A DNA stretch of 64,000 bases from Candidatus Altimarinota bacterium (GTDB taxonomy: Bacteria; Patescibacteriota; Gracilibacteria; 1-14-2-50-48-13): positions 1,312,001 to 1,376,000 of the forward strand of contig JBKBWQ010000001.1 in NCBI GenBank assembly GCA_046314355.1, given 5' to 3'. Positions 20,419-30,445 of the stretch are shown here, piece by piece. Every line of letters begins with the position of its first letter. Position 1 is the first letter of the stretch. Under the pieces are notes generated by a model. It did no database searches. It was not told the DNA's origin and saw nothing but the letters and a program-made list of their open reading frames with translations. The translations under genes were made by a program, and so were the position numbers.

Positions 20419-21687
20419 TTGCTCTCTTCTCTCATCAGTTTTGCAAAAAAAGATCTCTTTCAAAAAAAAGTCCACTTCTGGATTGGAGTGATTTCTATTG
20501 CTCTAGGAACTGCTTTTTCCTTGGTCTTTATTGCGGTAATAGGCAGCATGTACAGGATATCTGAAGAGAAGGCGGGTACGTTGAGTGAGAACGAGATTCG
20601 TGTGACTCCTCTCTACAGGATAGGGTTTCTAAATGTAACGAAGACTGAACAGAAGAAAATAGATGACAGCAGTGTAGAGGCTATCCGCACTTTACCAGAG
20701 GTGCAGGGAATAAAGCGTGAAACCATAGCTCAATTTCCTACGTCTCTTGAGATCAGTCTTTTTAATACCAGCTTTGAGACGGATAGTCCTATCTATGGGA
20801 TTGAAGATGATGAATTCTTAGCAAAAGCGGCTTCAAAGGATATGAGTGGACCAGAGCCTGTGCTTCTTTCTTCAGATCTTTTGGATATATATAATATTGG
20901 TATAGCGCAAGCCATCAATAAGCCGCAGCTCAACGAGCAGTTCCTTGTGGGGCTACCCTTTACTTTAAAGCTTGGCTACTCTTCTTTTTTTAAAGACCAG
21001 ATATCTGATAAGCAGCAGATAAAACCTGCACGGATAGTGGGTATATCTGAAGGGCTTTCCATCGTGGGACTTACTCTTCCTATTTCCAGAGTTCTTGAAT
21101 TAAATAGAGCTTATCTAGGAGACGAATTTGAGCCTGTATACTCAAGAGTAACAGTCACTGTAAAGCCGGGAATAGATTATAAGATTGTGAAAGAGAAGAT
21201 AAAAAATATGGGATTTGACGCAGCTTCCTACGAGGATCAGCTTGCGCCTGTAAAGTCTCAGCTTGCTTTTGTATCTGCGCTTTTGCTTGGTATTGTAGCT
21301 GTTGTACTGGTCTTTATCGTGCTCAATTTCTTCTTTCTCTTTTATAGTCAGCTTGAAGCAAAACACTATATGATCAGTCTTCTCCGTGTGTTTGGAGCGG
21401 GACAGAGAGATATTTTTCTTTTATTTATTGTACAGATGACCTACATAGCTGTGGCGGGTATGATTTTGGGACTCATCCTTGGAGGAGCTGCGATTATTCT
21501 TATAAACATTATACTTCTGAGAGATTTTCCTTTTGTACAAGATCTGATCGGAACTCCGCTTACCCTTGGGTGGCAGGATCCTATTCTGCTTATCTGCGTA
21601 CTCTACTTTATAGTGCTTCTTGCTGTCTTATATCCTGCATGGAGAGGATCTACTTTACTGCCGAGAGATGTGCTGGCAAATAGCTAG
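20419..21687 (+). CDS. FtsX/MacB-type ABC transporter permease
   Basis: N-terminal TM, large extracytoplasmic domain, three C-terminal TMs with ISLLRVFGAGQRDI and YPAWRG motifs; TTG 20419 preferred because GTG 20374 lies in the repeat array. Confidence 0.82.
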   Translation: MLSSLISFAKKDLFQKKVHFWIGVISIALGTAFSLVFIAVIGSMYRISEEKAGTLSENEIRVTPLYRIGFLNVTKTEQKKIDDSSVEAIRTLPEVQGIKRETIAQFPTSLEISLFNTSFETDSPIYGIEDDEFLAKAASKDMSGPEPVLLSSDLLDIYNIGIAQAINKPQLNEQFLVGLPFTLKLGYSSFFKDQISDKQQIKPARIVGISEGLSIVGLTLPISRVLELNRAYLGDEFEPVYSRVTVTVKPGIDYKIVKEKIKNMGFDAASYEDQLAPVKSQLAFVSALLLGIVAVVLVFIVLNFFFLFYSQLEAKHYMISLLRVFGAGQRDIFLLFIVQMTYIAVAGMILGLILGGAAIILINIILLRDFPFVQDLIGTPLTLGWQDPILLICVLYFIVLLAVLYPAWRGSTLLPRDVLANS

Positions 21688-21730
<43 letters not shown>

Positions 21731-21738
21731 GGGCATTT

Positions 21739-22863
21739 CTATACTATTACTCTCCTTATGGTTTCTGAGAGTTTTACCAAGATTTCATAATTGATAGTTT
21801 TTGCGGTAATGGCCAAGGTATCGATACTATTTGGATCGGTCTTGTGTTCGCTGATGACGGTAACTTCGTCTCCTCTTTGGATTTTATGAGTACCTGCATT
21901 GAGACACGTGAGATTCATGCAGACTCTTCCAGCGATCTGTAGAGATTTATCATACCAAGTGACTCTATATTTATTTGAAAGTTTTCTTGTAAGTCCCTCA
22001 TAGTAACCGAAAGGAATGACTGCTAGTGTGGTATTTTCCTGAGCTTCAAAGGTACCGTTATAGCTTACTTTGTCTCCCTTTTTTAATGCTATTGTATTGA
22101 TAACTGTGGAGATGCATCTAAGTGCAGGTTTGAGAGTATCGTAGGATTTCCTCTCAGGATGCTCCTCCGCAAAGGTATGGTAGCCGAATAATCCAATCCC
22201 TATTCTCATAGAGTTTATTCTCGCATCCACTGGGAAAAATGCTCCGTGTGTAGCGCCGAGATGAACATATTTTGGATGCAGGTCTGACTGCTTCAGGATG
22301 TGCAGCGCTTGGGTAAAGCAGTCTGCCTGTTTTTGTGTGAAAGCAGGATCTGTATTATCGCTATCTGCAAAGTGAGAGAATATACCTTCTAGTGTGAGAA
22401 AAGGATATTTTTTAAAGTATCCAAGATATGTGGATAGATCCTGTACTTCTAACCCCTGGCGGTTCATACCTGTATTTATTTTGAGATGAATGCGTACTTT
22501 CTTTTTCATAGCAGCTAAAATATCCATGGTCTCCAGATCGTAGACTGTGAGACTCACTTTTTTCAGATTCATGAGCGGAAGGTTCTGGGGAGGCGTATAG
22601 CCGATGAGCAGTACTTTTTTTGAAGAATGTTGTAGTACTTTTGCTGCTTCATAATAGCTATCTACTGCTATCATTGCGCAGTCTGTTTCTTCCAGGATGG
22701 AGGATATCTGCTGTATGCCATGTCCATATGCATTGGATTTTAGTACTGCAATGATAGATTGGTTTTCTGCTCTTTTTCTAAAAAATTCATAGTTATGAAG
22801 AATATTCTCCTGAATAATCTCAATGCGGTTAAGCGTCTTAAGTCTTTTTCTAAAAAAAAGCAT
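21739..22863 (-). CDS. alr: alanine racemase
   Basis: AVLKSNAYGHG (PLP lysine), HLKINTGMNRQG, EGIFSHFA, VSYNG, GRVCMN; likely start MLFFRK at 22863. Confidence 0.95.
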   Translation of the reverse strand: MLFFRKRLKTLNRIEIIQENILHNYEFFRKRAENQSIIAVLKSNAYGHGIQQISSILEETDCAMIAVDSYYEAAKVLQHSSKKVLLIGYTPPQNLPLMNLKKVSLTVYDLETMDILAAMKKKVRIHLKINTGMNRQGLEVQDLSTYLGYFKKYPFLTLEGIFSHFADSDNTDPAFTQKQADCFTQALHILKQSDLHPKYVHLGATHGAFFPVDARINSMRIGIGLFGYHTFAEEHPERKSYDTLKPALRCISTVINTIALKKGDKVSYNGTFEAQENTTLAVIPFGYYEGLTRKLSNKYRVTWYDKSLQIAGRVCMNLTCLNAGTHKIQRGDEVTVISEHKTDPNSIDTLAITAKTINYEILVKLSETIRRVIV

Positions 22864-22981
22864 AAATTTATGTAAGGAATCTATCTGAATAGTAGTGAGT
22901 ATAGAACAAAAGAGAAGAATCTTAGCTTCACAAAAACCTCTACTGTATGTATACTTGTAGATCACATCTAATTGCAGCTTT

Positions 22982-23533
22982 ATGGAATCCGTCCCTTACA
23001 TCTTTGACTTCAAGAACATATTTCTCGGAAACTTTCCTCCGGAAGTGTTCTTTGAAATATTTATCAGAGTCATGATAGTATATATCTATGCTTTAGTTTT
23101 GCTCAGACTTTGCGGAAGGCGTACTAAACGAAAACTCTCTTTTTCAGAGGTACTTATCATTGTAGCTCTTGGACCAACTATAGGGAATGCTATGTTCTCT
23201 ACGGCTGAGCCGCTCTTTCATGCGATTTTTATTATTACGGTAATTGTCCTTTTTCAGAATATCTTGTCTGCAGTAACCCGCAGAAGTGAAAGAATGCGCA
23301 GACTTTTGGAAGGGAACTCTGAATTGATTATCAAGGATGGAGTCATCCTTGAGTCCGTCCTTCAAAAAAGCAGCTATGCCCGAGAGGATCTATATTCATC
23401 TTTAAGAAGACGGGGGATAAGAAATATAAATGAAGTGGAGCTGGCATATATAGAAACCAATGGAGAGCTCAGTGTCTTCCGTCTCAAGCAGCCGTCTTTT
23501 ATCTCTGATACACCGATTCTTCCTCTTACCTAA
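22982..23533 (+). CDS. DUF421/YetF-family membrane protein
   Basis: Three TMs, then LEGNSELIIKDG...LRRRGI...VELAYIETNGELSV typical of YetF/DUF421. Confidence 0.85.
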   Translation: MESVPYIFDFKNIFLGNFPPEVFFEIFIRVMIVYIYALVLLRLCGRRTKRKLSFSEVLIIVALGPTIGNAMFSTAEPLFHAIFIITVIVLFQNILSAVTRRSERMRRLLEGNSELIIKDGVILESVLQKSSYAREDLYSSLRRRGIRNINEVELAYIETNGELSVFRLKQPSFISDTPILPLT

Positions 23534-23541
23534 AAACATAT

Positions 23542-24597
23542 ATGACTACACTTGAAGTACCCGATCCTCGTGATACCGCAAAAGAAGCTGGGCTGCATTA
23601 TATTCATGATGATATTCCCGGTATTCAGAGAAAAAAATCGGGGAAGCACTTTGCCTATTTTTCACTTTCCGGAGAGAGAATAAAAGATGAAAAGGAAATC
23701 TCACGTATCAATAAACTGCGTATCCCGCCCGCATGGAAAGGAGTATGGATTTCACCAGATCCAAAAGGACATCTGCAGGCAACGGGTTATGATGATAGAA
23801 AGAGAAAACAATACCGCTATCATGCAGATTGGAGCATGAAGAGAAATGAAAATAAATTTAACCGCATGATAGCTTTTTCAAAGAAACTTCCCCACATAAG
23901 AGCACAGGTGGACAAGGACCTTTCCAGACCAGGTCTCTCAAAGGAAAAAGTTCTTGCTACCATCATCAGGCTTCTTGAATTTTCCTGCATACGTATAGGT
24001 AATGAAGAATATGCACAGAGCAATGCATCCTATGGATTGACCACCATGAAAAACCGTCATGTGGATGTGGAGGGAAGTACGATCGTGTTTCACTTTAAAG
24101 GGAAAAGTAATGTGAAGCACAACATTACTATCAAGGATAGAAAACTTGCCAGGATTATCGCAAACTGCAAAGATCTGCCTGGACAGAGATTATTTGAGTA
24201 TGAAGATGAAAGTGGTGGTGTGCACTTGGTCCATTCCGATGATGTAAATAACTATCTCAAAACCATTACAAACGATCACTTCACCGCCAAGGATTTTCGT
24301 ACCTGGATGGGGACGGCTCTTGCGGCATTGGAACTGAAAAAGATTGTTCCCTTTGAAACTGAAGCACAGGCTCATAAGAATTTCCTGGAAGCAGTGAAAG
24401 CAGTAGCTTCAATACTTGGCAATCGTCCTGCTACATGCAGAAAATATTATATTCATCCTGCCATAGAGCAGTTTTATATGGAAAAGACCCTTTCGGATCT
24501 TATGAATTATGAAAAGAAGATAGAGAAGAAGGGGCTGTATGCCTACGAGGAAAGTGTAGTAAAGATTCTGAAGCAGTATGAAACTAGCAAAAAATAG
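23542..24597 (+). CDS. bacterial DNA topoisomerase IB
   Basis: IPPAWKGVWIS, GHLQATGYDDRKRKQYRYH, IRIGNEEYA, FKGKS, TAKDFRTW, LGNRPATCRKYYIHP (catalytic Tyr). Confidence 0.93.
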   Translation: MTTLEVPDPRDTAKEAGLHYIHDDIPGIQRKKSGKHFAYFSLSGERIKDEKEISRINKLRIPPAWKGVWISPDPKGHLQATGYDDRKRKQYRYHADWSMKRNENKFNRMIAFSKKLPHIRAQVDKDLSRPGLSKEKVLATIIRLLEFSCIRIGNEEYAQSNASYGLTTMKNRHVDVEGSTIVFHFKGKSNVKHNITIKDRKLARIIANCKDLPGQRLFEYEDESGGVHLVHSDDVNNYLKTITNDHFTAKDFRTWMGTALAALELKKIVPFETEAQAHKNFLEAVKAVASILGNRPATCRKYYIHPAIEQFYMEKTLSDLMNYEKKIEKKGLYAYEESVVKILKQYETSKK

Positions 24598-24604
24598 CTT
24601 TCTT

Positions 24605-26989
24605 TTACTTCTTAGCTAGAGCAATTGAAAGGATCTTTGCAGCTTCACCACGTGTGATGGAAGCATTTGGTCTAAAGAGAGCAGCTTTATCTATAAGTCC
24701 TTTCTCAAGAGCTACTGCAATGTATGGAGCTGCCCAGTCCTGTGCTCGTACATCTGTGAAAGGAATGGATGCGGTTCCCCGAATCCCTGGGAACATTGAG
24801 TTTATCACCACCTTGATAAATTCTGCACGAGTGATATCTCTAGCAGGTTCAAAAAGCCCAGCCTGTGTTCCGCTGAAAATATTCTGTTCCCGGGCAAGTC
24901 CCACAAATTTTGCGTACCAGCTCTGCATCGGTACATCAGGAAACCCTAGGTAGGTGAATGCAGGATTCTTCTTTTTAAAATCATTGATATAGATGTCTGA
25001 GGCGGAGGTCTGATTTGTTGCTGCAATAATAAGTTTTGCTGCTTCGGCCCTATTGAGCTGCCCATTTGGCACAAACGTAGTAGCAGTTCGTCCCTGAATG
25101 ATTCCTTTACTAGAGAGTTCTGCGATATATGTTTTTGCAAAATGCGTGGAAATATCTGTGAATAGTGGGGCAGATGGACGTACATTGGTAACCACTGATG
25201 TATTTGCATTTTGTGAAGGAATAAAGCTTCCTCCTGCATAGCTACCTCCTGCATAGCTACCTCCTCCGGAGCTTCCTGTGGAATAGTTAGGGAGAGAGGG
25301 CGTTCCTACCGGAGCATTATTTTGTGTCGTATTTGGTGGTGTTGGTGGAGTATTCTGATTTGGAATTTGAGGGATGCTCGTATTCGTAATCGGGTTTGAA
25401 TTCTGCGTAGGATTAGTAGTTACAGGAGGAACATTCTCTGGTTCTTCCGGTATGGTATTTTCGCTACCCTGTGGTGTTGTAGGTTCTTCTGCTTCTTCAT
25501 CCACAATAATATTCCCATTTGTAGGAGTGTTCTTATTATCATTAGGAACTACTTTTTCTTTTGTCCGGCTGCAAAGAGCTGTATGACCATACATACAGTT
25601 TTTAAAATCCTCTACGGCTTCAAGTTTCCCGAAGCCCCATTTTTTTGTCGGCATCAGATATGCACCTTCTCCCATTTCATTCCAGGACTGGATGGTAAGC
25701 ATCTGAAAAGGAAGATCCTGCTTCTTCTTTGTCAAGAATCGGCCAGCGAGTTCCAGAAGTTCTCTAAACTGCTGAGGATCATCCTGTATAAATTGTGTTC
25801 GTGAATCATAACTCCAAGGTTCCATATTACGGCCTACGAATACTGTAGGGAAGTATGGGATAGGAGTAACTGTAGAGGCCATTGCCGTATAGAGACTTGC
25901 AACGGTTTCCTTATATCTTGTAAAGACAGCAGGACCTCCTACATTTACATTAAAGTGTGTCCAGCCGGTTACTGCATCAGCACCTAATGTTCTAGCTTTA
26001 GTAAGAGCACTTGTGGAGAAATCATCATTTATAAAGAAAATGTAGCCTGAATACTCTGCTTTAAGTTTATCCATATATGCTTTTACGAGACAGTCTGTCC
26101 ACGGAGAATTGTTGGTAGTTGGGTATGCACCGCAAGCTTGAGTCTCAGGTGAAAAACTGGGGGAAGCAAACTCAGTATGTGTGGTCTTTAGCAGAGCGAG
26201 AGCGGTCTGATCTGTAAATATACAGTCTGCCCAGGCAGGTCGGGAGGAAGTACTTGCCGGAAAAGTTCCGCATGCAGTAGAGTTAAGCTGAGTACTTAAA
26301 GTATTCTGTGTGCCTTTTAGCAATATCGCATCTCTGAATGCTTTCTTTGTGGCATTCAGGAAATTGGATTTGAGATATGTTGGACTCCAGAAAACTATGA
26401 TATTTTTCCCATCCGGAGTTTTGAGGTAGTTAGGATCTGAAAAGTACTCATTCTTCCAGTAATTCGCAAGATTCATGAGCTCAGCCATGGATTGTCCATC
26501 TGTGTAGGTATCATGATTTGCCCACACGAGATTAAATTTCAGACGGTTATTGTTTACCTTTTTGAAGTTTTTAATGGCATATGCTGAGGTCTGCCGCTCA
26601 GTAGAATATGTAGGGTTACCAAGAGGTTCACTAAACTGTTCAAGCCACATATAATCTATCCCATGGGAACTTGCCCATTCTATCTCTTTATCCATAAACG
26701 CCTCTGATCCAGTATCTTCCCAGCCTGTAACATACTCTCTTTCAGGATTATTTTTTCTCAAATTATAAGTAGCATTCCATGCATTTGCATCTTCACGCCA
26801 TCCTGGAAAGTAATACATACCTATGAGAGGTTTGTCCTTTGACAGTGCAACAGTTGAACCTGAAGAAGTAATAAGATTGGACTGAAAAAGACCTCCGTTC
26901 AAATCAAAGAGAACTACTCCAGCTGTGATAAGTGTAACCGCGAAGAGAGTGCCGAGAAGAATTTTATTTTTATGTAGAAAAGTATTCAT
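24605..26989 (-). CDS. GH99-like glycoside hydrolase with Pro/Asn/Thr linker and three C-terminal SLH domains
   Basis: Signal/TM; IGMYYFPGW, EIEWASSHGID, LVWANH, SWNEMGEGAYLMP; SLH motifs FTDISTHFA..PNGQLNRAEAAK, FPDV..ITRAEF, FTDV..ITRGEAAK. Confidence 0.82.
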   Translation of the reverse strand: MNTFLHKNKILLGTLFAVTLITAGVVLFDLNGGLFQSNLITSSGSTVALSKDKPLIGMYYFPGWREDANAWNATYNLRKNNPEREYVTGWEDTGSEAFMDKEIEWASSHGIDYMWLEQFSEPLGNPTYSTERQTSAYAIKNFKKVNNNRLKFNLVWANHDTYTDGQSMAELMNLANYWKNEYFSDPNYLKTPDGKNIIVFWSPTYLKSNFLNATKKAFRDAILLKGTQNTLSTQLNSTACGTFPASTSSRPAWADCIFTDQTALALLKTTHTEFASPSFSPETQACGAYPTTNNSPWTDCLVKAYMDKLKAEYSGYIFFINDDFSTSALTKARTLGADAVTGWTHFNVNVGGPAVFTRYKETVASLYTAMASTVTPIPYFPTVFVGRNMEPWSYDSRTQFIQDDPQQFRELLELAGRFLTKKKQDLPFQMLTIQSWNEMGEGAYLMPTKKWGFGKLEAVEDFKNCMYGHTALCSRTKEKVVPNDNKNTPTNGNIIVDEEAEEPTTPQGSENTIPEEPENVPPVTTNPTQNSNPITNTSIPQIPNQNTPPTPPNTTQNNAPVGTPSLPNYSTGSSGGGSYAGGSYAGGSFIPSQNANTSVVTNVRPSAPLFTDISTHFAKTYIAELSSKGIIQGRTATTFVPNGQLNRAEAAKLIIAATNQTSASDIYINDFKKKNPAFTYLGFPDVPMQSWYAKFVGLAREQNIFSGTQAGLFEPARDITRAEFIKVVINSMFPGIRGTASIPFTDVRAQDWAAPYIAVALEKGLIDKAALFRPNASITRGEAAKILSIALAKK

Positions 26990-26996
26990 AAATGAA

Positions 26997-28304
26997 TTAT
27001 CTCAGATGAGAAGTAAGGAGATCAATGTATGCAGTGCCGTATGTTTTTGTCGGGAGCAGCAGGTTACCTGTTTTGTAATTATTCCAGTCTCCTGCAGTGA
27101 CGAGATATCCTTCAGGATAGGTTCTCTGAAAGATTGCTTCAACAGTATCCAGCAGAGATTCGTATAATTTTGGTGAACCTGCCATGACAGTAGTATCAAA
27201 ACTATTTTCCATATAGAAACTATCATGTGCCACGATCATTGAAGGGAATACAGGTATACCTGGTTTGAGTTTCAGTGCACTATTCCAGAGACGGACTGCT
27301 GATTCTCTGAATGTCTCGTAATATACCCATGAGGAAGTCTGTTTAACCCATGGCAGATATTTGTCCCCGATAACACCTTTAAAGCCCAAAGATACGAGTG
27401 TATTTGCTCTCTCTGAGATCACAGGCTTGTTTTTTAGGTACTGTGCAAAGTAGTTTGCGTTGAAGAGTCTATACTCTGTACTGCCTCCTCCGACCGGACT
27501 AATGCTACAGTGAGAAAGTGGATTGAATCCATTCGCATAGACAAGATTTTCAATGTCATTAAATGCTTTTCCATATACTTCCTTGTCACAAGGGAAGAGA
27601 GCGCTTTCCTGGATTAATCCGTTTACTGCTGAGGAAAGTCCTGTACCTGAGAGACCGGCAACAGCCGTAGTGGTTGCTGGTGTTTTAAAAAGATCAGACA
27701 CTGCGTAGAATCGTAGTTGAGCGTATGCTGGATCCTTTAGAAGAGTGGAGAGCTGACTCCTTTCTTCTGGAGTTGCAGTATTAAAATCATATGAAATATA
27801 GACCGGTATACCTGCTGAAGCGCTTTTGAAAAGGGTTGTTTCGCCGCTTATAGCAGAAACTGCTGTTTTCCACTGTTCTTGAAAGAGAATAATATCTTTC
27901 AAAGCGAACTGCGGTATAAAGCGAAATTCACCTTCATTCAATAAGGACTTCATACGTGAGAATGCCTGTGTTTCTGCTATTCCAGTATTATTTACGGTAA
28001 GTGGAAGTATAAAATACTTGAGACCTGTAGTTTTTGCAGCAAGTATTTCTTTTTTTATAAAGGCTGTTGTACCAACCTCCGTATACCCCTCCTTCGGAGC
28101 ACGCTCAGGGTACACTATTCTGAGATCATTTTCCCCACTTATCCATGAGGGATTTTCAGTAGCATAGGAGAGATCATAATACGCTCCTGCCTGAACGCCA
28201 TCTGAAGTACTTTGAGCGGTACTTTGCATAGGTGTGGCAAAGATACTGGTAGAGAGTGTCAGAAGGGTGATAATAAACAGTGTTTTTTTGTGTAGTATAT
28301 GCAT
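26997..28304 (-). CDS. secreted GH99-like paralogue, catalytic motif degenerate
   Basis: Signal peptide; GAYYDLSY, KEILAAKTTGLKYF, PVFPSMIV, GDWNNYKTGNLLLP align with the neighbouring gene; start MHILHKK at 28304. Confidence 0.65.
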   Translation of the reverse strand: MHILHKKTLFIITLLTLSTSIFATPMQSTAQSTSDGVQAGAYYDLSYATENPSWISGENDLRIVYPERAPKEGYTEVGTTAFIKKEILAAKTTGLKYFILPLTVNNTGIAETQAFSRMKSLLNEGEFRFIPQFALKDIILFQEQWKTAVSAISGETTLFKSASAGIPVYISYDFNTATPEERSQLSTLLKDPAYAQLRFYAVSDLFKTPATTTAVAGLSGTGLSSAVNGLIQESALFPCDKEVYGKAFNDIENLVYANGFNPLSHCSISPVGGGSTEYRLFNANYFAQYLKNKPVISERANTLVSLGFKGVIGDKYLPWVKQTSSWVYYETFRESAVRLWNSALKLKPGIPVFPSMIVAHDSFYMENSFDTTVMAGSPKLYESLLDTVEAIFQRTYPEGYLVTAGDWNNYKTGNLLLPTKTYGTAYIDLLTSHLR

Positions 28305-28312
28305 GGTAATAT

Positions 28313-30280
28313 TTATTTTACGTAGAAGCATTCAGGTTTCTCCGGAGTGGAGACACAGGAGATAAAGTCTGCAATAGAACTCAGCGTTGACGTTCGTGCT
28401 TCAGAAGGCACGAGAGTAGATCCGTGAAGATAATCATTCCATGAATCCATCAGAATGAGTTGATGGACAGGCTGGAGATAAGTAATAGCATTCTTTGCAG
28501 TATGCAGTGCTGTTGTGAGAGCGGTATCTATATTGCTAGTAAGCGTCACGCCTCCTGTCATATCTTCCCGACCTGTAAGTACTGAAGGGAATAATGCAAA
28601 ACCTATGCTTGCTCCGGGAGCTTTTTCTGTAGTAATATCATTCAGCTCTGTCTCCATCACTTTCTGATAGATATCATATGGTGCAGTGTTCCAGCCCTCT
28701 TTACTTTTAAAGGTAGAGAGATAATTTCTCTTCATTGCACCTTCAAAACCAAGACCGTAAAGGTATCTTGTCCATGTAGGTCTTGGGGTGTCTGTACCTG
28801 AACGTGTTTCTGTAAAATCTCTGCTGTCATCAAAGAGAATAATACTAAACGCATTGAGTTGAGACTGTAGTATGGCAGTAAGTGCTTTGATATTTTCTGG
28901 AGTGAGCTTTTTTTGCTCAAGGAGATTATATGATGAGAGAAAAATGATCGGCTGTCCTGTAGCAGTTTTTAGATATGCCTGTTGTGAAGTATGATTTTTA
29001 AGAGAAAGTACTCTTGTCTTGAATGCTTCAGGAGAAGCTACGTCTGCCTCTGTCAGATTCCAAAGTAGTGCAAAGTCCATCTGTCCGTTGCTCTGGGAAA
29101 CAAAATCAGAGATGCTTTCTTCCTGCATACTTTGTCCTGCAGCCATTGCCGCATCCCATGACCACTCTAGAGCAAAGAAGTTGAGATGAGCCTTTGATGC
29201 TTCATTGATATCGCGCTTCATCCGTTCTGTATTTGAAAGCGTAGAGAAATCTGCAGGGAGGTATTTTGCTTTTGCAGAGAGAAGTGTATTTTTTTCTGCC
29301 TGATCTTTCCATGAGGAACTATAAATAGCTCCATAGCGTAATGGTTTTGGAGTTGGTACCAGGGTCTGGTTACCCGAAATGAGCCGAAGATCTACATCAT
29401 CAATGAAGACAGTAGCATTTTTTCCTCCATAATATCTTTCAAGCTGCTCGGGAGTTGTGCAGCCATTACTATGACTTGCCTCATCTTTTTTAAAACAGAT
29501 CTTCTGAAATTGAATACCCATGCCTGGAAGAGGTACGATGGCAGGTCCCCCGATAGCACTGGTTTGTTCACGAGTAGGTCTTTTATCTCCGGAGATAGTG
29601 AATGTACAGCTTATTTTCTGCCAGGTATTCCATATTTCACTGTCCTTACCATGGTATTTTCTGCTCACAGTAGTACTTCCCGGAACAGGACTCAGCTCAT
29701 TTTCTTTTGCGCTGTCGAGTCTGAAGAGGTTGTAAATGTTAGCATTGTTTGCACTTACCTTTGAGAGAGTTGGGTCATCATTCTTTACACATGATGCATT
29801 ACCCATGGTAAAATTTCCGGACCCCACATCTACTTGTATTCCTTCAGCATAGTAATCTGTATCTGCTTTCGTAAGGGCACCTCTGTCGGCTTTGAGATAT
29901 GCTGTGAGCTGATAAGTGCTTCCTATTTCCGGAATAATCCTTACTGTCTGTCTGAGATGAAGTCCTGAGAGTGCTACAGATTTGTTTCCTGATCTTTTCT
30001 GGAGAGTTGTAATATGTGCATCTGCAATATTTTGTGTATTTGTAGGAGACCTTGTCCAGGGATTGTTTTCATATGGTGCGGCGACACCGCCTATCTCAGT
30101 TTCTTCAAAACCGCCATCTCCTAGAAGATTCCCTGAAGCAGAGACTGGAGAGTATCCTCCTCTTTGCATATCTACGGATGCCCTCAGGAGATTTCCCTGT
30201 ACCGAAAAACCCAGCAATCCTATGCAGAGAACGGTAAGTCCTGCATGAAATGCTTTGTGTTTGAGAAAAGAAGCGTTCAT
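28313..30280 (-). CDS. secreted protein: carbohydrate-binding-module-like N-domain plus degenerate GH99-like domain
   Basis: NLLGDGGFE...VFIDDVDL (CBM4/9-like jelly roll); GAIYSSSW, DINEASKAHLNFFALEW, FALLWN, DSWNDYLHGSTLVP. Confidence 0.65.
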   Translation of the reverse strand: MNASFLKHKAFHAGLTVLCIGLLGFSVQGNLLRASVDMQRGGYSPVSASGNLLGDGGFEETEIGGVAAPYENNPWTRSPTNTQNIADAHITTLQKRSGNKSVALSGLHLRQTVRIIPEIGSTYQLTAYLKADRGALTKADTDYYAEGIQVDVGSGNFTMGNASCVKNDDPTLSKVSANNANIYNLFRLDSAKENELSPVPGSTTVSRKYHGKDSEIWNTWQKISCTFTISGDKRPTREQTSAIGGPAIVPLPGMGIQFQKICFKKDEASHSNGCTTPEQLERYYGGKNATVFIDDVDLRLISGNQTLVPTPKPLRYGAIYSSSWKDQAEKNTLLSAKAKYLPADFSTLSNTERMKRDINEASKAHLNFFALEWSWDAAMAAGQSMQEESISDFVSQSNGQMDFALLWNLTEADVASPEAFKTRVLSLKNHTSQQAYLKTATGQPIIFLSSYNLLEQKKLTPENIKALTAILQSQLNAFSIILFDDSRDFTETRSGTDTPRPTWTRYLYGLGFEGAMKRNYLSTFKSKEGWNTAPYDIYQKVMETELNDITTEKAPGASIGFALFPSVLTGREDMTGGVTLTSNIDTALTTALHTAKNAITYLQPVHQLILMDSWNDYLHGSTLVPSEARTSTLSSIADFISCVSTPEKPECFYVK

Positions 30281-30381
30281 ATGTGTTTTTGTTATGTCTT
30301 CCTATTGTATCATGGTGCTATTTTCTTTGTAAAGAATGTGAGTACAGCCGTATCTACTTTAGTCAGGCGTAAAACCTCCTC

Positions 30382-30410
30382 TTGATTTGGATCTCTATTC
30401 AGACTAGACT
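30382..30410 (+). promoter_or_regulatory. sigma70-type promoter
   Basis: TTGATT-N17-TAGACT, 35 nt upstream of ATG 30446. Confidence 0.5.
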
Positions 30411-30445
30411 TTCTCTGACTTTAGATACTTGTGATTATTATATAT

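Noticed and set aside
25230-25266. 15-bp tandem repeat encoding GGSYA
   Set aside because: In-frame linker duplication; ordinary
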